Translations under genes and position numbers: made by a program
Shown here: positions 1 to 14,100 of the stretch, in pieces
Position numbering within the stretch: position 1 is the first letter of the stretch
Layout of the letters: every line of letters begins with the position of its first letter
Source of the DNA: Raillietiella orientalis
Taxonomy: Eukaryota
Direction of reading: 5' to 3'
Length of the DNA: 64,000 nucleotides
Assembly: GCA_036172245.1 (NCBI GenBank)
Contig: JAYWIR010000070.1
Location: 62,001 to 126,000 of the forward strand
Notes under the pieces: model-generated
The model's database searches: none
The model's input: the letters and a program-made list of their open reading frames with translations, nothing else
Told to the model about the DNA's origin: nothing

Positions 1-1705
1 TGCACATCCCATGAGGGCGGATTGGCGTCAGGAAGGGAGGAATTTCGTCACAGCCCACCTGCGCGCACGTCCTCACCGCTCCTCCGGCGAGGCGGAAACT
101 CCCGCAGCTCTGAAGGGCTGGAAGCAAAGAGCCCGTCTTTGGGGAAGTGGCCACCAGCCCCCTTCCCACCCTCCCTCCCGCTATCCTCCGCTTCCCTATT
201 CCCCGCCTCTCCGACGCGGGCTGGACGCTCCTCTTGTGCGACTCCCCCCTCCCCTCCTGCCCGGGCTTATCCTGGAGGCTCCCCGGCTCACCTTCCATGC
301 GGCGCCCTCGACGGCGCGGAGGAAAAGGAAACGTAGCCGAAGCGGCCACTTCCCTGCCGAGGGCCGAGCCCCCTCGGGACTGCAGGGAGTCCTGAGAGGG
401 AAAGACGAAGAGGGACTGCCCCCCGCTTTTCCGAGGCCACCGCCGCGCCGCGAGCGGCGCGCAGAGCGGGCAAGCGAAGCCCACGAGGGAGGTCGTCCGA
501 GCGGTGGCGGCGCAGGTGCCAAGGCCGCGGCGCACTCCGCTGTGCGGCGGGCCGGGAAGCCGCTCCTCCGCCTTCGCTCTCCCGAAAAGTCGCCCACGGC
601 GCTGAGTGACCCCACCCTTTCGGGTTTCCGAGGTCTCCCAAGCTGCTGAGCTCGGGAGCACAGCGGCAGCATTCCAGGAGCTCCGGAGGAGCTCCTGAAA
701 GGACCACCAGGCGTACCTCGTCCTCTGGTCGAGGGCAGAGTCACGAAGCCAGGAAAAGATCGCGGGAGGTCGCATTGGCTGGTCGCCATCCAACTTTTGG
801 GCGAAGACCCACCGGAGATCTTCCCGTGGTTAGGTCCCGGGAGAAAGCTCCGAACAGCTGGACCCCAGCAGGAAGACGAGAGCAAGTCCGCGACAGAGTG
901 TGCTGGCCGCACGGGTCGTCGCCCGCGATCCGAAAGGCGCTCCATCGACGGGAGTGTGAGGCTGCACCTCGCAGTAGCGCACAGGCTCGGGGTTGCTTGT
1001 TGCGCGCGCCGACGCACCGCGAAGCGGAGATGCAAGATGCCGGGACCGGCCCACGGATCTGCTGTACCCAAGGAGAGGAGAGCAGTCGCGATGACCACCC
1101 CTGGAGTCCGGGGAACCTTCCTGACGTCCCTGGCGGACGGTTCCCGATACCCACGACCTCTTCGAGCGGCGGAAGCAGAGGATGAGAATCGCGAGCGCCG
1201 CCCCCTCCGTGCCAGGCGTCCGGGCAGGGCAGGCGGTCCTGACCTCCTCGAGGAGGAAGACGGCAGGGAGGAGAGTGAGCGGTGAGCGCCCGAATTCCCG
1301 ACTTTCCTCTTCGTGCACCGCACAGATGTGCTCCCACAGCTCCATCTGCGAGTGCTTGACGAGCGCACCACGAGATGGCAGGCCCTTCCCAGTTAAAGCT
1401 CACCGAACGCCCGCGCTAAGGCAGAAGCCCTTCAAGCTCTGCTCCCTCGGGACTCTGAAGAGTGAAATCCCCCACTCTCCTCCCGCCCCCACAGACTCCG
1501 ACGCTGCTGCTGCTGCATTCTGCGGAGAGCCCAGTCTCTCACTGAAGGCAGGGTTTCCAGCGGAAAGCAAAGCTGGCGCGCGTGCCCTAGCGCGTGAGGG
1601 GCGAGTCGGCGATGGCAGCGACGAGCCGGAGGGAATTGCGCGCTCATGAGCACGCGCGCCGCCTCGCACAGCCGTTCCGTTCCTACGAGGAAGCGCTCCA
1701 CTTAC

Positions 1706-3218
1706 GGAAACCTCCCGATCCAGGCGGAATCTGGCTTCCTGGAGCTGCTCCACGAGCTTGTCCTTCTCCGCTTCCAGGGTAACTATCAGCGGCTTCAGCT
1801 CTTTCTGAAAAAGGGAGTGCGATTCTTTATCGAGAACCCGACTCGTCTTCCAGAACCCAAGCGCGTGGTGCCCTCGGAGTGCGCTTGAGCACCGCTCGCG
1901 TTTTCAAAATCTCCACCCGAAACATCTCATCTTATTGAGGGCTGCTATGGATTCATCTCGCAGCGGTCTCCATGTGAATTCAGCAGGAACCTGACTTGTT
2001 TGCAATTCTTTGAGTAGGGATGAATTCGCGAACAGATGAAGAAAAGTTTCAAAGTTCCCGAAAGGAGACGGTCCATCTCTTACGTGAGCAACACCTTAGA
2101 GACGGCTGTTTTCTTGAGCCTTTTTTTTGCTTCTTCTCCCTTCCCCCCCTCCTGTATCCCTCCCCTCTTCCTCACCAAGAGAACGAGGGCAGGACTTCGT
2201 TGTTGTCGCTTCTCTTCGCTTTCCCGGGAGCTCGGCGTGGAAAAAAAGGAGGGGCGCCGACGCGCTCTCTGCGAGCGGGCAGCGGCACACGCGATACCTC
2301 CAGAGCTCGCCAACAGAGGACCGGCCGCTCGAAAGTGAAAGGGGCGGTCTCGGCGGGTCTTCGATCGCGCTCGACGTTCCGCGCGGAGGCGGGGGGCAGA
2401 GGAGGGGAGTGGGACGAAGAGAACCGTGAAAGGGAACGGTACCTCGCTGAAATGCTCCAGATGCACGCTCCTGTTGCGAAGAATGCGACCTACGCGAGGG
2501 AAGAAAGGGGGCGTCAAGGGATCGGGGGCGGGGAAAAAACGGAACCTGTTCGCAGTTGATACTTGGCGTCCTGAAGCTCCTTCTCCAGCCAGCTGTTCCT
2601 TCGGGCCAGCATCTTGTTGATCTCCTCCTGCGTCTCAAAGCGCACCTTCCACTCCTCGTCTGCGAAGCGAGACCTCGGGGTGCCTCGAAGGAGTAGGGGC
2701 AGGGGGGGACTCACCTTCGACCCACTTGCCCTGCTCCACCTCCTCCAGCTTCTGCTCGAGCAGGACCACCGACTTCTGCAGCTCCGCATTCACCTGGCGC
2801 AACGCGTCCCTAGAGGGAAAGGGGGAGGGTCTGGCGTCAGCAAGGGGCGGGGCAGGGAGGGAAAGGGGTGAGAAATTGCTGAGTCGAGAGTCAGGTCGAG
2901 GGTGTGACGAGAGCGCGTGAGGATTGCCGGAAAGGGTGGGGGACGTCGGGCGCCGCCGCGTCCCTTTGCGTGCACCGAGGGGCGGCGGCCGGAAGGCGGG
3001 GGAAGGAAAGCGGACAAGCCTTCCCGCCCCATCCACTCTCGAGGGGGAGGGGGACGGCGGCGCACGAAGAGATTAAATGAGGGGGTGGGGTGGGGAGGAG
3101 CTCACCGGATGTCGCGCTCGCGGTCCATCTCCCTGCGCAGGCCTGCCAGCCGGTCCTCCTCCTCCAGCTGGCTCCTGACCTTCGAGGTCCTGCCCGCGGG
3201 AGCCTGGAAAGCCGCCAT
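1706..3218 (-). CDS. CCDC169: CCDC169-like (DUF4600) coiled-coil protein, 3'-partial; exons 3218-3106, 2809-2715, 2659-2546, 2489-2443, 1804-1706
   Basis: GT-AG introns with consistent phases give MAAFQAPAG...DALRQVNAELQKSVVLLEQKLEE...EEWKVRFETQEEINKML...KELKPLIVTLEAEKDKLVEQLQEARFRLDREVS. EWKxRxETQxExN and the downstream coiled coil match recalled CCDC169 sequence. Terminal exon not found. Confidence 0.8.
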
Positions 3219-3263
3219 CTCCCCCGTCGCCGCCGGGACGCAGTTGCGATGGTAGACGCTGCC

Positions 3264-3278
3264 GTTAGCTATGGAAAC
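3264..3278. promoter_or_regulatory. RFX X-box-like element about 45 nt upstream of the CCDC169 ATG
   Basis: GTTAGCTATGGAAAC; strong half-site GTTTCCATAG on the minus strand, with one extra base versus the 14-bp consensus. Confidence 0.5.
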
Positions 3279-4134
3279 AACGATTAAGCGGGAGACGGCC
3301 GCCGCCGCGGGCGCGTGTGGGGGAGCCATCGCGTGAGCTCCGTGCCGGCGGCGGGCGTGGGAGCGACGGGGGAGGCGACCTCCTCCCACCGCGCCTCCCC
3401 CGGGAACCCGGGGTCCTTTTTTTCCCCCCATTCTCCCCACCGCCCCGCCCCGTTTCGGCGGGAGAGATTTCCCGGGAGAGCAAGCGCGAAACGGACTACG
3501 GGGAGGAAGGAAGGGCGGAGTTGCCGCTCCCTGAGGGTCGCGCGTAACCGAGCCCGCGTTGTCGGGAACGCTTCCGGGAGGAAAGGAGCGGGCGGGGAGG
3601 AGGCGGAAGTAGGCAGGGATCGCGAGGAAGGATGAAGGGGAGGAACGACGGAGGAAAGAGCAGGGAGGGGCGCGGGGAGGGGTGATCTCCCGGAGCAGAA
3701 AGGAGGGGGGAGCGGAATCGCCGCTGGGAGCGCGCCCGAGGCAAACGGCGGAGTATGGGGATGGGAAGCGGAGGGAGCCGGGAAGGAGGGAGGGGAGAGA
3801 CCGACCTGGCCCACCCCACCTCGAGGGTACAGGCAGGGGAGGAACTGAGCTGCTTGCAGAGGAAGTGACGATGGTAGGAGGAAAAGGAGGGAGGGTGGTA
3901 ACCGAGGAAACGGAGAAGAGTGGAAAAGTGAGGAAGAGTGGAAGGAAACCTCCTCCCTCTTCCTCACGGAGAAGAGTGGGCCGGGAAGTCTCCACCCCAG
4001 TGGAACCCCAACGACGGACCCTCGCCTCCCCCCCTTCCTCGCGTGTCCATCATCTGCTTCGTGCATTTTCTTCGCCTCCCACGCGCCTTCCCACGCCTGT
4101 CGGAGCCGGAAGCGACCGAGAGACCGCTGCGCCT

Positions 4135-4148
4135 GTCGCCATGGCAAC
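4135..4148. promoter_or_regulatory. Canonical RFX X-box
   Basis: GTCGCCATGGCAAC, a near-perfect palindromic X-box about 0.9 kb upstream of CCDC169. Confidence 0.55.
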
Positions 4149-7100
4149 CCCGCGGGAATGCTCCCGAACCGATCGATCCTGGGCAGGCCGAGGACCGGCC
4201 TGGCTCTCGGACGTGCATTTCTGCGGCCTCCCCGCCCTACCACTTGCTCCCCGGTGCGCGCGCGTGCGCGACGACGAGGAGTGGGAGCTGAGGAGGTGGC
4301 ATCGGTCCACGTGCTGCAATGACCATGCAGGGGTCGTGTATCGACAAGGCAGAGCAGTGGGAACGCCAATCTCCCCTATCCCCCTCCCACCCTGCCACCT
4401 CCATGCCCTTCCGGTCATTTCTGGGGTCTACTGTGGCCCTGGACCCATCCGCTGGCTTGCGAGGGAGGAAGGAAGGGGGCGGGAGGTCAGAGAGGAGGGC
4501 AACCTCGGCAGTGGGGAGAGGACACCTCGAGACCCTCCGCCAAGGGGCATCTCGATTGTCAACTCAGTCTGGACCTCGCCGCCCTCCCCATGAGGAATGG
4601 GGACGGATGCTTTCCTGAAACCACCAGCAGGGAACGAACTCTTGACCACTTCCCTCAGAGAGTCGCCTTCCGGGAACAGACCTGTTCACTTCCGGCTGCG
4701 TAGTGTCCTCTTTGCCTCTTTCCTCCTTCCACTCCCTTGTGACTATGGCAGGAGCACGACTGCGGCTGCTTTCGGTCTCCCTCAAGAAGGAAGGAGGAGG
4801 AGGTGTCCTTATTCTCTCTCTTGCCCCCTCCCATTGGGATGGCACCGTTGGGAGGAGCGTCCAGGTCGTGTTCCTCTGCGACCTGCGAGGAGGTGGTAAG
4901 GGGAAGGAGGAGTTCAGGGGCATGATTTGTCCCAAAGGCCGTCGCTGGCCCCTTTCTGGCAGCTGGGCGTCGGTCCGAGCCTCACGGGACGAACCACAGT
5001 CCTCTCGGACCTCCTCAGGCTCGGACAGCAGCGTCGACGACCCCGTAGGGCTGTCCTCCTCAATCGCCACTCTGCCGCAGTGGCTGTCCGGGGTTGCCAT
5101 TGCCTTGGATGCACCTCGGTCGCCGCCGTCCCTAACTTTCCTCCGACTTCCTCCCTCCGAAAAGCGCGCTGCTTGTGTCGCCTGACGAGGTCGCTGCCCC
5201 CTAGGATAAGCACCCGCTCTCAGAGGTAGCAGCATCCCCGGGTGCTCCCCTTCGGTCTTGCCTCTCCCCTCTCTGCCTGGGTTACCACGGAGCAGCAGCA
5301 GCAGCAGCAGCGTCTGCGCCACGGGTGCTCGCAGGTTCCTCTCTGCTGCGTGTCTCCCACCCTCCCGGGGACCACACGCCCCACCATCGGAGGCAGGGCA
5401 CTGCCGACACAGGGATCCCACTAATCTCCCTCTTCTGCCTCGCCACCGCCGACCTCCCTTTCCCGGAAGCAGACGTATCGGGCACGCTCGCTGATAGGGC
5501 TACGGGAGGGAGCTCCTCTCACGGTGATCCGTCTGGAGCATCTCTAAGGTGACGGCACTCCTGAGGTTTAAGAATATTTTTTTTTTTTTTTGCTATAATA
5601 GCTGCCGCTCCTTTCTCTCTCTATCTTTCTCTCTTCCTTTCTTCAGATGATCGAGGGTCCTGCGACCGACCCCAGGCCCCCTCCTCCCTCTGGCGCTTTT
5701 TCGTAACCTCGACACGACCCTTCCTCGGCCTGATGTTCCTTTGTCTCTCCCCTTGTCAACTACACGTAGCGCCGAAGCTCGGTGCCCGTGGGGCGCTTCC
5801 TCGTTAGGCAGCGCTACGTCCTTTGTCCACGAGGCGGATGAATCCGTCATCCTCGACGCTTCCCCCACCCTGGACTCCTCTCCCCCTTTCTCTCTTCTTC
5901 TCAGAAGCGGCAGGATCTTCAGGAACCCAAGAGCCTCTCTATGACGGCAAGAGTCAGGGCAGAGCAAGGGCCTCAGCTCGGCAAAGGCAGCAGAGGCGTC
6001 GAACAGCAGGATTGAATGGCTCCATGGAACAAGCTTTCGTAGAGTGTTCCAGAGAAACAGTAGAGTGGTCGGAAGAAGACGGGAGAAGATGGAAAGTCAG
6101 CACGAGAACGTGGCCAGGCCTTTCTGAACCAGCCTCTCCTGGAGCTGCTCCCAAGCTATGGGACACAGCAGCGAGGGGATCCGTTCGTAGGGCTCGCGTA
6201 TTCCCGAAGCGGTCTCACGCAAGCACCTTCGCGAGTGCGATGTCTGCATGCGTCATGCCCTTTGGCCAAGATCCAGGTGTGTCATGCAAGCAAGGCGTGG
6301 ATCAGGAACAGTCAAGGAGGCGGTGAATGGATTTCCCTTCAGAAACTGGGAGATCTGAGAAACGCAACGCCAGTCCCTCTTCATTGCAGCATCCGGAAGC
6401 AGAAGCTCTTGGAGGCTCCTGGACGACATGCTGGTCGCACTGCGGGGATTCTCGTGGACAGGGGAGAACCTTCCGCGAACTGGAAAGGAAGAGGAGATCC
6501 AGGAAAGAGAATCTTCGAGAGCCGAGGGAAGAGGTCCTTGTGCACGGCGGAGACCTGGGAAGCCGTCGGGAGTGGCATCAAGAAGCGAACAGACCGCGGC
6601 TCCCGGAGGGCGTTGAAGACGGAATGCTCGGAACCTCTAGCGCCCCCATGAGGAGCCGGATCGCATCCCTCTTCGGTTCTTGAGCCATCCCCGCGGATGC
6701 AGCTTCCGGAGTGGGCACAAGGATCCGAGCCTCCGGTCACCAACAGGATGGATTCGACCGTCGAAGGGACGGCTTGCGCCGCCCTTGGCGCAGCCGAGGA
6801 GACGCGCGCATGCTGGAGCTGGGGAGGAACAAGTGCAGAACCCTGCCGGATGCCTCGCCTGGAAAGGAGAGAGCGGACGATGAGGGCGGTGAGGACGGAT
6901 CCGCGAAGGGAGCTGCCTGCGCGGATGGTAGGTAGATAAGGAAGGGGGAAGGAGGTAGAAAGGAGCGCGAAGGAGCAGGCATCCGCACACGCCCTCTGTT
7001 CGGTTAGAGTCCTGCACAAACCACTCGGTCGTGAGCCAGGTGTGGCCAGCCCTCCAGACGCCGTGTTGCCCATGAAGGGAAGCGCTGTGGAAATGAAAGT

Positions 7101-7632
7101 TCCTGATATACTTCGGAACGCAGGGGAGGTGTTTGCCGAGTGCTCCGGCAGGAGGATCGTGGAAGGAAGGACGAACACGACCAGGAGGAAAAAAAAAAAA
7201 GGAAAGCAGCTCTGGGATGGTATTGAAGTGGGGAAGCGCGGTTTGGGTAGGAGGTAGTGAAATGCGCTGCGAGGTGCACCAGGAAAGGAGACGGAAATGG
7301 ACCAGCCACAACCGGTGGTCCTCGAGAGGTCAAGATCCCGCTGACAGTTCCAGTTCGGTGACTGGATAGCTGGTAAGCGCAACCTGCTAGGGGACGAAAG
7401 GGATGCCTCGCAGAAGGACGCTGAAGGAACCCGTGAGTCTTCGGGAAGCACAGATGGTTCGTCTGCCGTCCGCAGGATACTGTGCAAAAGGCGTGGCATG
7501 GCTGGGGGGGAAAGCGCATCCGAAGAAGGAGAGGGACTGTCTCAGACGCCTCGGATGCTATGGCGACCGAGCTCTCCAACGCGGTCGAAGGATCCTACCG
7601 AGCTGCTTGGGATCGGCACCATGCCTGCTCAG

Positions 7633-8146
7633 CCTTCCTCCCGCATCCAGGGGGAGAACCTGGTGGCTCCCGTGCTCCGGATCTGGCATCGAGAGGCTCC
7701 AGAAGCGGTGCTGCGCGACAAGATCCACCCCAGGTGGCGGCGGTCCACCAGGCGCTGCGTTCCCGGTTCCAGGCGAGCCGAGCAGTCCGAGCCAGCTCGC
7801 GACGCGGTCAGCGCTGCGCGCTCCCGCAATCTCCAGCTCCCGCGGAGCGTCGTCGTCGTTCCCGGCACGCAGAGGCACCGGCGGGACGATGCGGCGACCG
7901 CGCGAACTCGGCGACGTCTGGTTTTTGCCGGGAGCGGAAGAAGCGCGCGGTGCCCGGCGTCTTGCGTCTCCGTCCCGGAGTTCGCGGCCTCTTGAACGCG
8001 GTTGCCCGCGTGCCCTTCAGCGGGATGGGACCGGGCCTCAGGGATGTCCGGGCTGCTGTCGCCCACTGCCTCGTCTTGTCGACGCGGCCGATCGAGGCGA
8101 TGAGAGCTCTGGCGAAGAGCTGAGGTCGCCGCCCCCAATGATTTTG
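7633..8146 (+). repeat. 514-bp inverted repeat, left arm
   Basis: Reverse complement of 15337-15850 with 5 substitutions and no indels (base-by-base comparison). Confidence 0.97.
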
Positions 8147-11100
8147 AGATGCGCAGGGGCGCGCCGCCCGTTTGTGGCATAGGTGACGTGTGCGATCCTC
8201 CATCCCCTTCCTAGATGATCGTCGATTAGATAGAAGATTAGACGCGGAGACATGCGCGTATATGTGGTCCACAAAGCGTGGGCGGTTTCCCCTTCCTCTA
8301 AGATGCCCTGGTGCAACCTGACATGACAGAAGGTCTCTCACTGAACTCGACGCATGGATGCTGCACACCTCTAAGATCAAACGGGAGGAAAGTTTTCCCA
8401 GCGAAACGAACTGGGTCAACAGGACGCTCCTGAGGAAGATTCCCTCCTCAGTTTTTTCTGTCGCTGAAGGTCCAAGGAAGAGCTCGCATGCTATGAAGTT
8501 GCTGCATACCGGAAGGAGATTAGTCTGGAAGATCTTCCAAAGACAGTACCAAAGAAAGGATAGCAGCAGTACCGAAGGGATCCATGTGACGTTTGAGGAG
8601 GAGACTGAATGTTTCTTCCTGAAGATTACTCAAGAGGCCTGACCTAGAGTGGAAACGGATGCCAAGGAGGAACTCGCACGCATCGAAGAGCTGAGGGTAG
8701 AGTTTGGGGGGGGAAGCGACTCTTCTAGCTTTGGTTTAATGATGGTGTTGCGCGGAGCAGAAATCAGAAGAGCCACCACCAAGTGGGAGGAATTGCAGTG
8801 AAACACGTCTGACCAACAGAAATCCCTCTCTTTTCTTCGCTGCTTGCATCCAACGAACCACACCTCCGGGCAAATGCAGCTCCTTTCTTTCCGTGCATTT
8901 CGTTGCAGAGTCCTCTGAGGACGCATCTCGCGATTTCGTTCCTTCCATGGGGGTGACTTGGATGTCTATCGCGTTCGAGGTGGTACAGTGATTCTCCGGG
9001 TAGACGTCGGTAAATGAAGCTTGTGATCTGCTAATGAGGGAAGAGGGTCTCCGAAAACGGTCGTTCTTTTTGAGAGTAGCGTGGTGGCCTTCAAACACTT
9101 CGACTTGGAGATGCCGTGCTCGACTCATGAAGGAGAAAGTGCTTCCGATTGCTGATGGGTTACCGTGAAGATAGCAGTTGGTGCAGAGGCCCTAGGCTTG
9201 CAGTCGAGATCTATGCATTCTGAAGCTGGCAGACGGCACGCGCTGCAGCTTTCATGACTGCTTCTGCTTCTTTCTTTACGAGCGAAAGGAGGAAGACAAC
9301 CGAATGGTGGTCGGGACCACCCGCAGAACTCATGCTCTGAGCGCGTGGAATCGGTTTCTCTTGAAATCTCGTAGGGCAAGGTCCGGGAGAGGGATTTGGA
9401 CGGGGAGGGGAGGTCTCCATGAAGAATTTCGCTGGGGAGCAAATCAATTTTCGGCAGAGCTCTGATCAAAGCTGCGATGCAACAGCCTTCGATGTGTTGC
9501 TGCCAGTCGTTCATGAACGTCGCATGGCTCAAAGAGAGCTCTCTGCAGCTTCACTGACTCGAAGAGAACCCGTACCTTGAGGTGAGCAAACGGACTGTAC
9601 GAGTCTGCAAATTGCTGTGCCGCTCACCTGTGCGCAGATAAGCGAAACAGCTTATTGAGTCCAAGCGCTTTGGCACTGTTCTTGCAAGAGAACATGCTCC
9701 TTTTGCTCTTAAACAAGGAAAGCGCACGTTGCTCTTGAGAAGAAATGCTGAAAATCCTGCTTTCGAACTTCTAGTGGATTCTTCTCCGGAAACGTCACTG
9801 AAATGGAGCTCCTAGAAGCAATTCCGAAGTACGTAACGGCCTTCCACTGGAGAGGTCGCACCAGCTGAAGAATTCGAAAAGCGCCAAAAATAAGCTCACA
9901 GTGTTGTGGGATTTTCTTATCGAGTTGATCCCCAAAGAAGCGTGCTCTCCGAGCGGAAGAACTCTTTGCTGGAAGGCGAGAGGAATGTACCCATGCTAGT
10001 GCACCCAGAGACACACCCTTGCATGCACGAGGGGACGCACATGGAGCTGGGGACACCGCCCATCCAAAATAAAAAGTCATCAGCGACAAACCCAAGAAAG
10101 AACAGCATGATCTAAAAAAAAAAAAAAAAAGGACAACAACTCTTGTTGGAATTCATATTTATCTGGGCTCGTTCTGAACAGCAATCAAAGCAAAGTCTTC
10201 CAAGCAATGAGAAGCGCGATCGCCGCCGTATGCCACTCTGTTCTTCGATTTCACAATATCCCCTGAGAATCCCAGAGTTCTCGGCCTTCGCTTGTGCAGA
10301 CAAACACTCATCGACTTACTTTTTTCCTCTGACATCGCTGACGTCTTGTTACGGTCAACCCAGGGCAAGAAACATGAAGAAAATGTCAGAGTCGTACCTT
10401 CGCGGACGAGAGTTCCCTGAGCACATGCGTTCCCCGCAACAGCGAATTTTCTGTGGCCCATTCGGCGACTGGGATCAAATTACTCCTTTCCAGAACATAA
10501 AACGCAACCTCCATATCATGGACAGTGATCTCCATGTAATGTGAGTCCAGGAGCACGTTGCGTGCCGCAGCGACTGACAATCAGTCAAGACACGTGTATT
10601 TGCTGCAGAATTCCTCTGGCACTCGTAGCAATTTCAGGATCAATCACTTGTGTTCAGGTTGCCTCCTTGGTTGTTGTTGTTTGGGCTTCTCTTCTTCACC
10701 AGGAAGAGAAAGAGAAGAGACCGAAGAAAAAAAAAAGCCAAACGGAACTCATGGCGTAGGTGCGCTCCGAAAATACTCTCTGCAGTCAGTGCCTTCCAGC
10801 TACGAAGGAGACGAACGCGAATTCCAGGAGATGCCGCATGCGTTTTGCCGATGCTGAATCTCGAATGTTCTGTTCTGCTGTGTGTACGTGCGAGAAAGCA
10901 TTCGACGAAATTAACGAAAACAAGGATTCGGCTATTATCCATCTCCCAGACAATCAAATTGTCATCGGGGTAGTGGTCGGTGAATCATGATGGCCCACTC
11001 GGACGAGAGGAGGCAATCAAAACATCTCTATTCCCTTCATGGGCATCAGCCGTCGTAGAGAAAACCTCGCAGCACGAGCGAGGGGACAGCTGCCCGTGCG

Positions 11101-14100
11101 AGGAATCGGACATCTCGAGACGCGAACCTTGATGACAGCGAAGAGGCTCACCTCGTTCGGCTTCTTGCCCGTGCGTAAGAATGGTTCCTCCTGGGGATGA
11201 GGCGATGAGGAATGTTTTGCAGGGAGCGGCTGACATTCACACGCCTTCCTTACCTGAGAGATTGACATGCCCTAACGGGTTCTCAGTTGCGAGGAAAACG
11301 CGAGCGTATAAGGAAGAGGAGAAGGAGGAGGAGGAAAAGGAGGGAGGGGGAACTGAACTCCTCGAGGGCATTCCGTTCCCTCGTATGGATGCCAACGGAG
11401 TCGCCTTCAGAGCAATGACAAGTGACCCGCCTGGTGGCCAAGCGAATCGGAATTGATAAACAAACGGTGATTCGTTTCACCAAGTAGCCCTAGTGGATCT
11501 CGAAGTTTCCGAACGGAAAAGAGGCAAAAGAAAAGCTGCAGTCACCCAAAGCTTTGCCCTGTCTGAACGACGTTCCATGGCCTCTGCCCTGGATTTTCGG
11601 ACCAGAGGCACTCGTGCACGACTCGTCCAAAAGAGACCCACGAATGAAGGTTTCCACAAATCATCGATCATCCGAAGCATCGGCTGAATTGGGAATGAAA
11701 GAAGAGCGGGAAAGAAAATGCATAGGTGGCTGCTAAAATCTCACCGATCCAAATCTTGTTTCGTGCCTTCACCGTTGCCATGGCTACCGGGGACGGACCT
11801 GTGCTCTGCACGCAGCCGGAAATACCTCATACTCCGGTTCATAAGAATGAGCTGCCGCTCATTTCTTCAGATGATTGGCACCATCCCTGACGCCTGCCTC
11901 CGCATAGCGATTAGAGGAACGCCTTTGGATAGGCGTGGCAACGGTCATCTTCCAAGTGGCTCATCAGAAAAATTTCCAAGGCTCGTCCTTCCCATTCGGA
12001 GTGCACGGGCCATTTTTTTGGAATAAATAAATAAAAGTTTCGTAAAGTTTCGGAATACATGGGAAGAATGGGGGCCAGGTGGCTCCACCATGTCCAGGAA
12101 ATGAATAAAATTAAAAAAGGGGGACCTTTAAACATCAATGGGATCACGGCTCGCGAAGGAGTGAGCGGCAGGAGAGGAGTCGGTGAATAAATAAGGAAAC
12201 AGAGATTCACGGTGGTGAAATTGAGGGGTCGGGTCGAGAAGGAAGGCAGATGAGGAGTTGGGTCTCTATCCCAGTTCCTCACCCCACCCAATTCTCAAAG
12301 ATCGAGACTTGGTCTGTCGGCGATGACTTGTCCCGTGACCCCTCCCACTCCCCCATCCCCCCAATTCCGCCTTTCCGTGTCGGGTCATTTCTCTTCCCTT
12401 CGAGTGAGGACGCCTTGGATAATCCCACCTCGAACAACCACCCCAGGAGCGCATTCGAGCTGCGCTCCTGGAGCGTCTGGAAAACGATTGCAAGGACAGG
12501 ATGTTCCTGGTGGCAGTGGAGGCGACGACCACGGCGGCAATGATGGCGGAGACGACGGAGGAAAATAGCGCGCAAGAGTGCCTCTCTCTTTCTTCCCTGT
12601 TGCCCGCATGCGTGCAGGAAATCTCCAGGAACGGCACAACTTCAGTAGACCCGAAGAGACAAACGACCTTCCAAGTAGGTGTCCTGGGGAACATCACCAT
12701 GGATACTGGGAGCGCCTCCGCGAAGCACGCCAAACCCCGCTGCAGCCTCCCCAGAGGCACGTGCGGACGCAGCCAGTTGATAGTCCTGGAATTCTGAGGA
12801 CGTCGGTCGATCCCCCCTCCCCTGCTCTCTCCAGATCAAACTTGCAAAGACCTAGTCCGGGAAGAGATGAGCCTGAACTTCGGAAGCTACAAGTCCGAGT
12901 GAAATTGTTGGACCGTTAATCAGCGGGCCATTCTTCGGGTACGTCATTGCTGCTTAATGTCGATGCAGAGGTGTTCTTGGATTGTGAATGTGAGATTTCA
13001 CCTTGGAAAGAAGACTGGAAGAGGTTCGGTCGCTCTGTACCGGAAGTTTCCTCGAAAGAGTTCGCCCCTTTTGGTGCGATGCTTTATGAGCGAAGATGCA
13101 AACCTCCGGATGTTGGTGATGAGGTGCATCCTAAAGATGGCGTTATTCTTTCCTGCATCTCCCCGTTCCATGTTCCAGAAAATTCAAGAGGATGGACAAG
13201 CTCCAAACAGCGACCACATGGACGGAGTGAAGCGACGCGAGCGGGCATTCGCAACGCCTCCTACTTTCCGAGCATTCCATTGGCTACTCTGAGGGAGCAG
13301 AACACGATGGACTCCAGCCAGAAGGGCTCTTTGTTTCCCGTAGAGACTACTCATCCTTCGACGCTTGCCTCCGACAAGCTGATGATGAGATGCAAGAATT
13401 CTTCAACTGATCCAGGCCGCTGAAGGTGACCTCAAGGTGCTGACTCGAAATGAGGCGATTTTTGCCTTGAGAAATCCCTCTTGATCGCAAGTCAAGTCAA
13501 GTTCGAAACTTGACCCCTCAAAACTGGAAGCTCAAGCTCAGGTCTTCTGAATAAAGGATCGATCCGCAGTTTTCCCGTTGGAATGCATCCGATGTTGCGA
13601 GCGAAATTTCCCTAAGGGAATCTGGAAACCGTTATGGAGTTGATCTTCCGCCGCACTTCCTTCTTTACCTGAGCATCCCTTGAAAAAATCCCCTGCTAAA
13701 GCCTTCTTGCGGTCCATCCCGTCATTCCCATTGTCTCCACAACGACGCACCCGTGCTTCTCGAAAAATCCGGAGTCTGTTGCTCCTTTCCTTTCCCGCAA
13801 AGAAGTGGTGCGCAAATCTCGCGTTTTCCGGGAAGCTGCGATAGAGACATCCTACGTCTATTTCTTCGGAAAGTGGGAGAGAAGGCTCACTTTCGCTCCC
13901 CGTATCCATCTTCATTCCATCTGCCACACGAAGCTTCTCGGAAGATGCAATTTCAGTGGAAGGTGACCAGGAGCCGGTTCATTCCGCAGCCGTAACAGTC
14001 TCTTCAGCCAGAGATCCTCAGATGATATGCTTTGCAGAATACTACATAAAGAGAACCTGGCTCCCACTTTTTGCCAAGAAATTTCTCCCCCTTTCCATCC

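Noticed and set aside
11..1403. ORFs of 212-391 aa at the window start
   Set aside because: Same GC-rich artefact; no convincing CCDC169 terminal exon or other domain.
11774..11787. Third X-box GTTGCCATGGCTAC
   Set aside because: Forms one arm of the apical hairpin (pairs with 11936-11944) and no gene start was found nearby.
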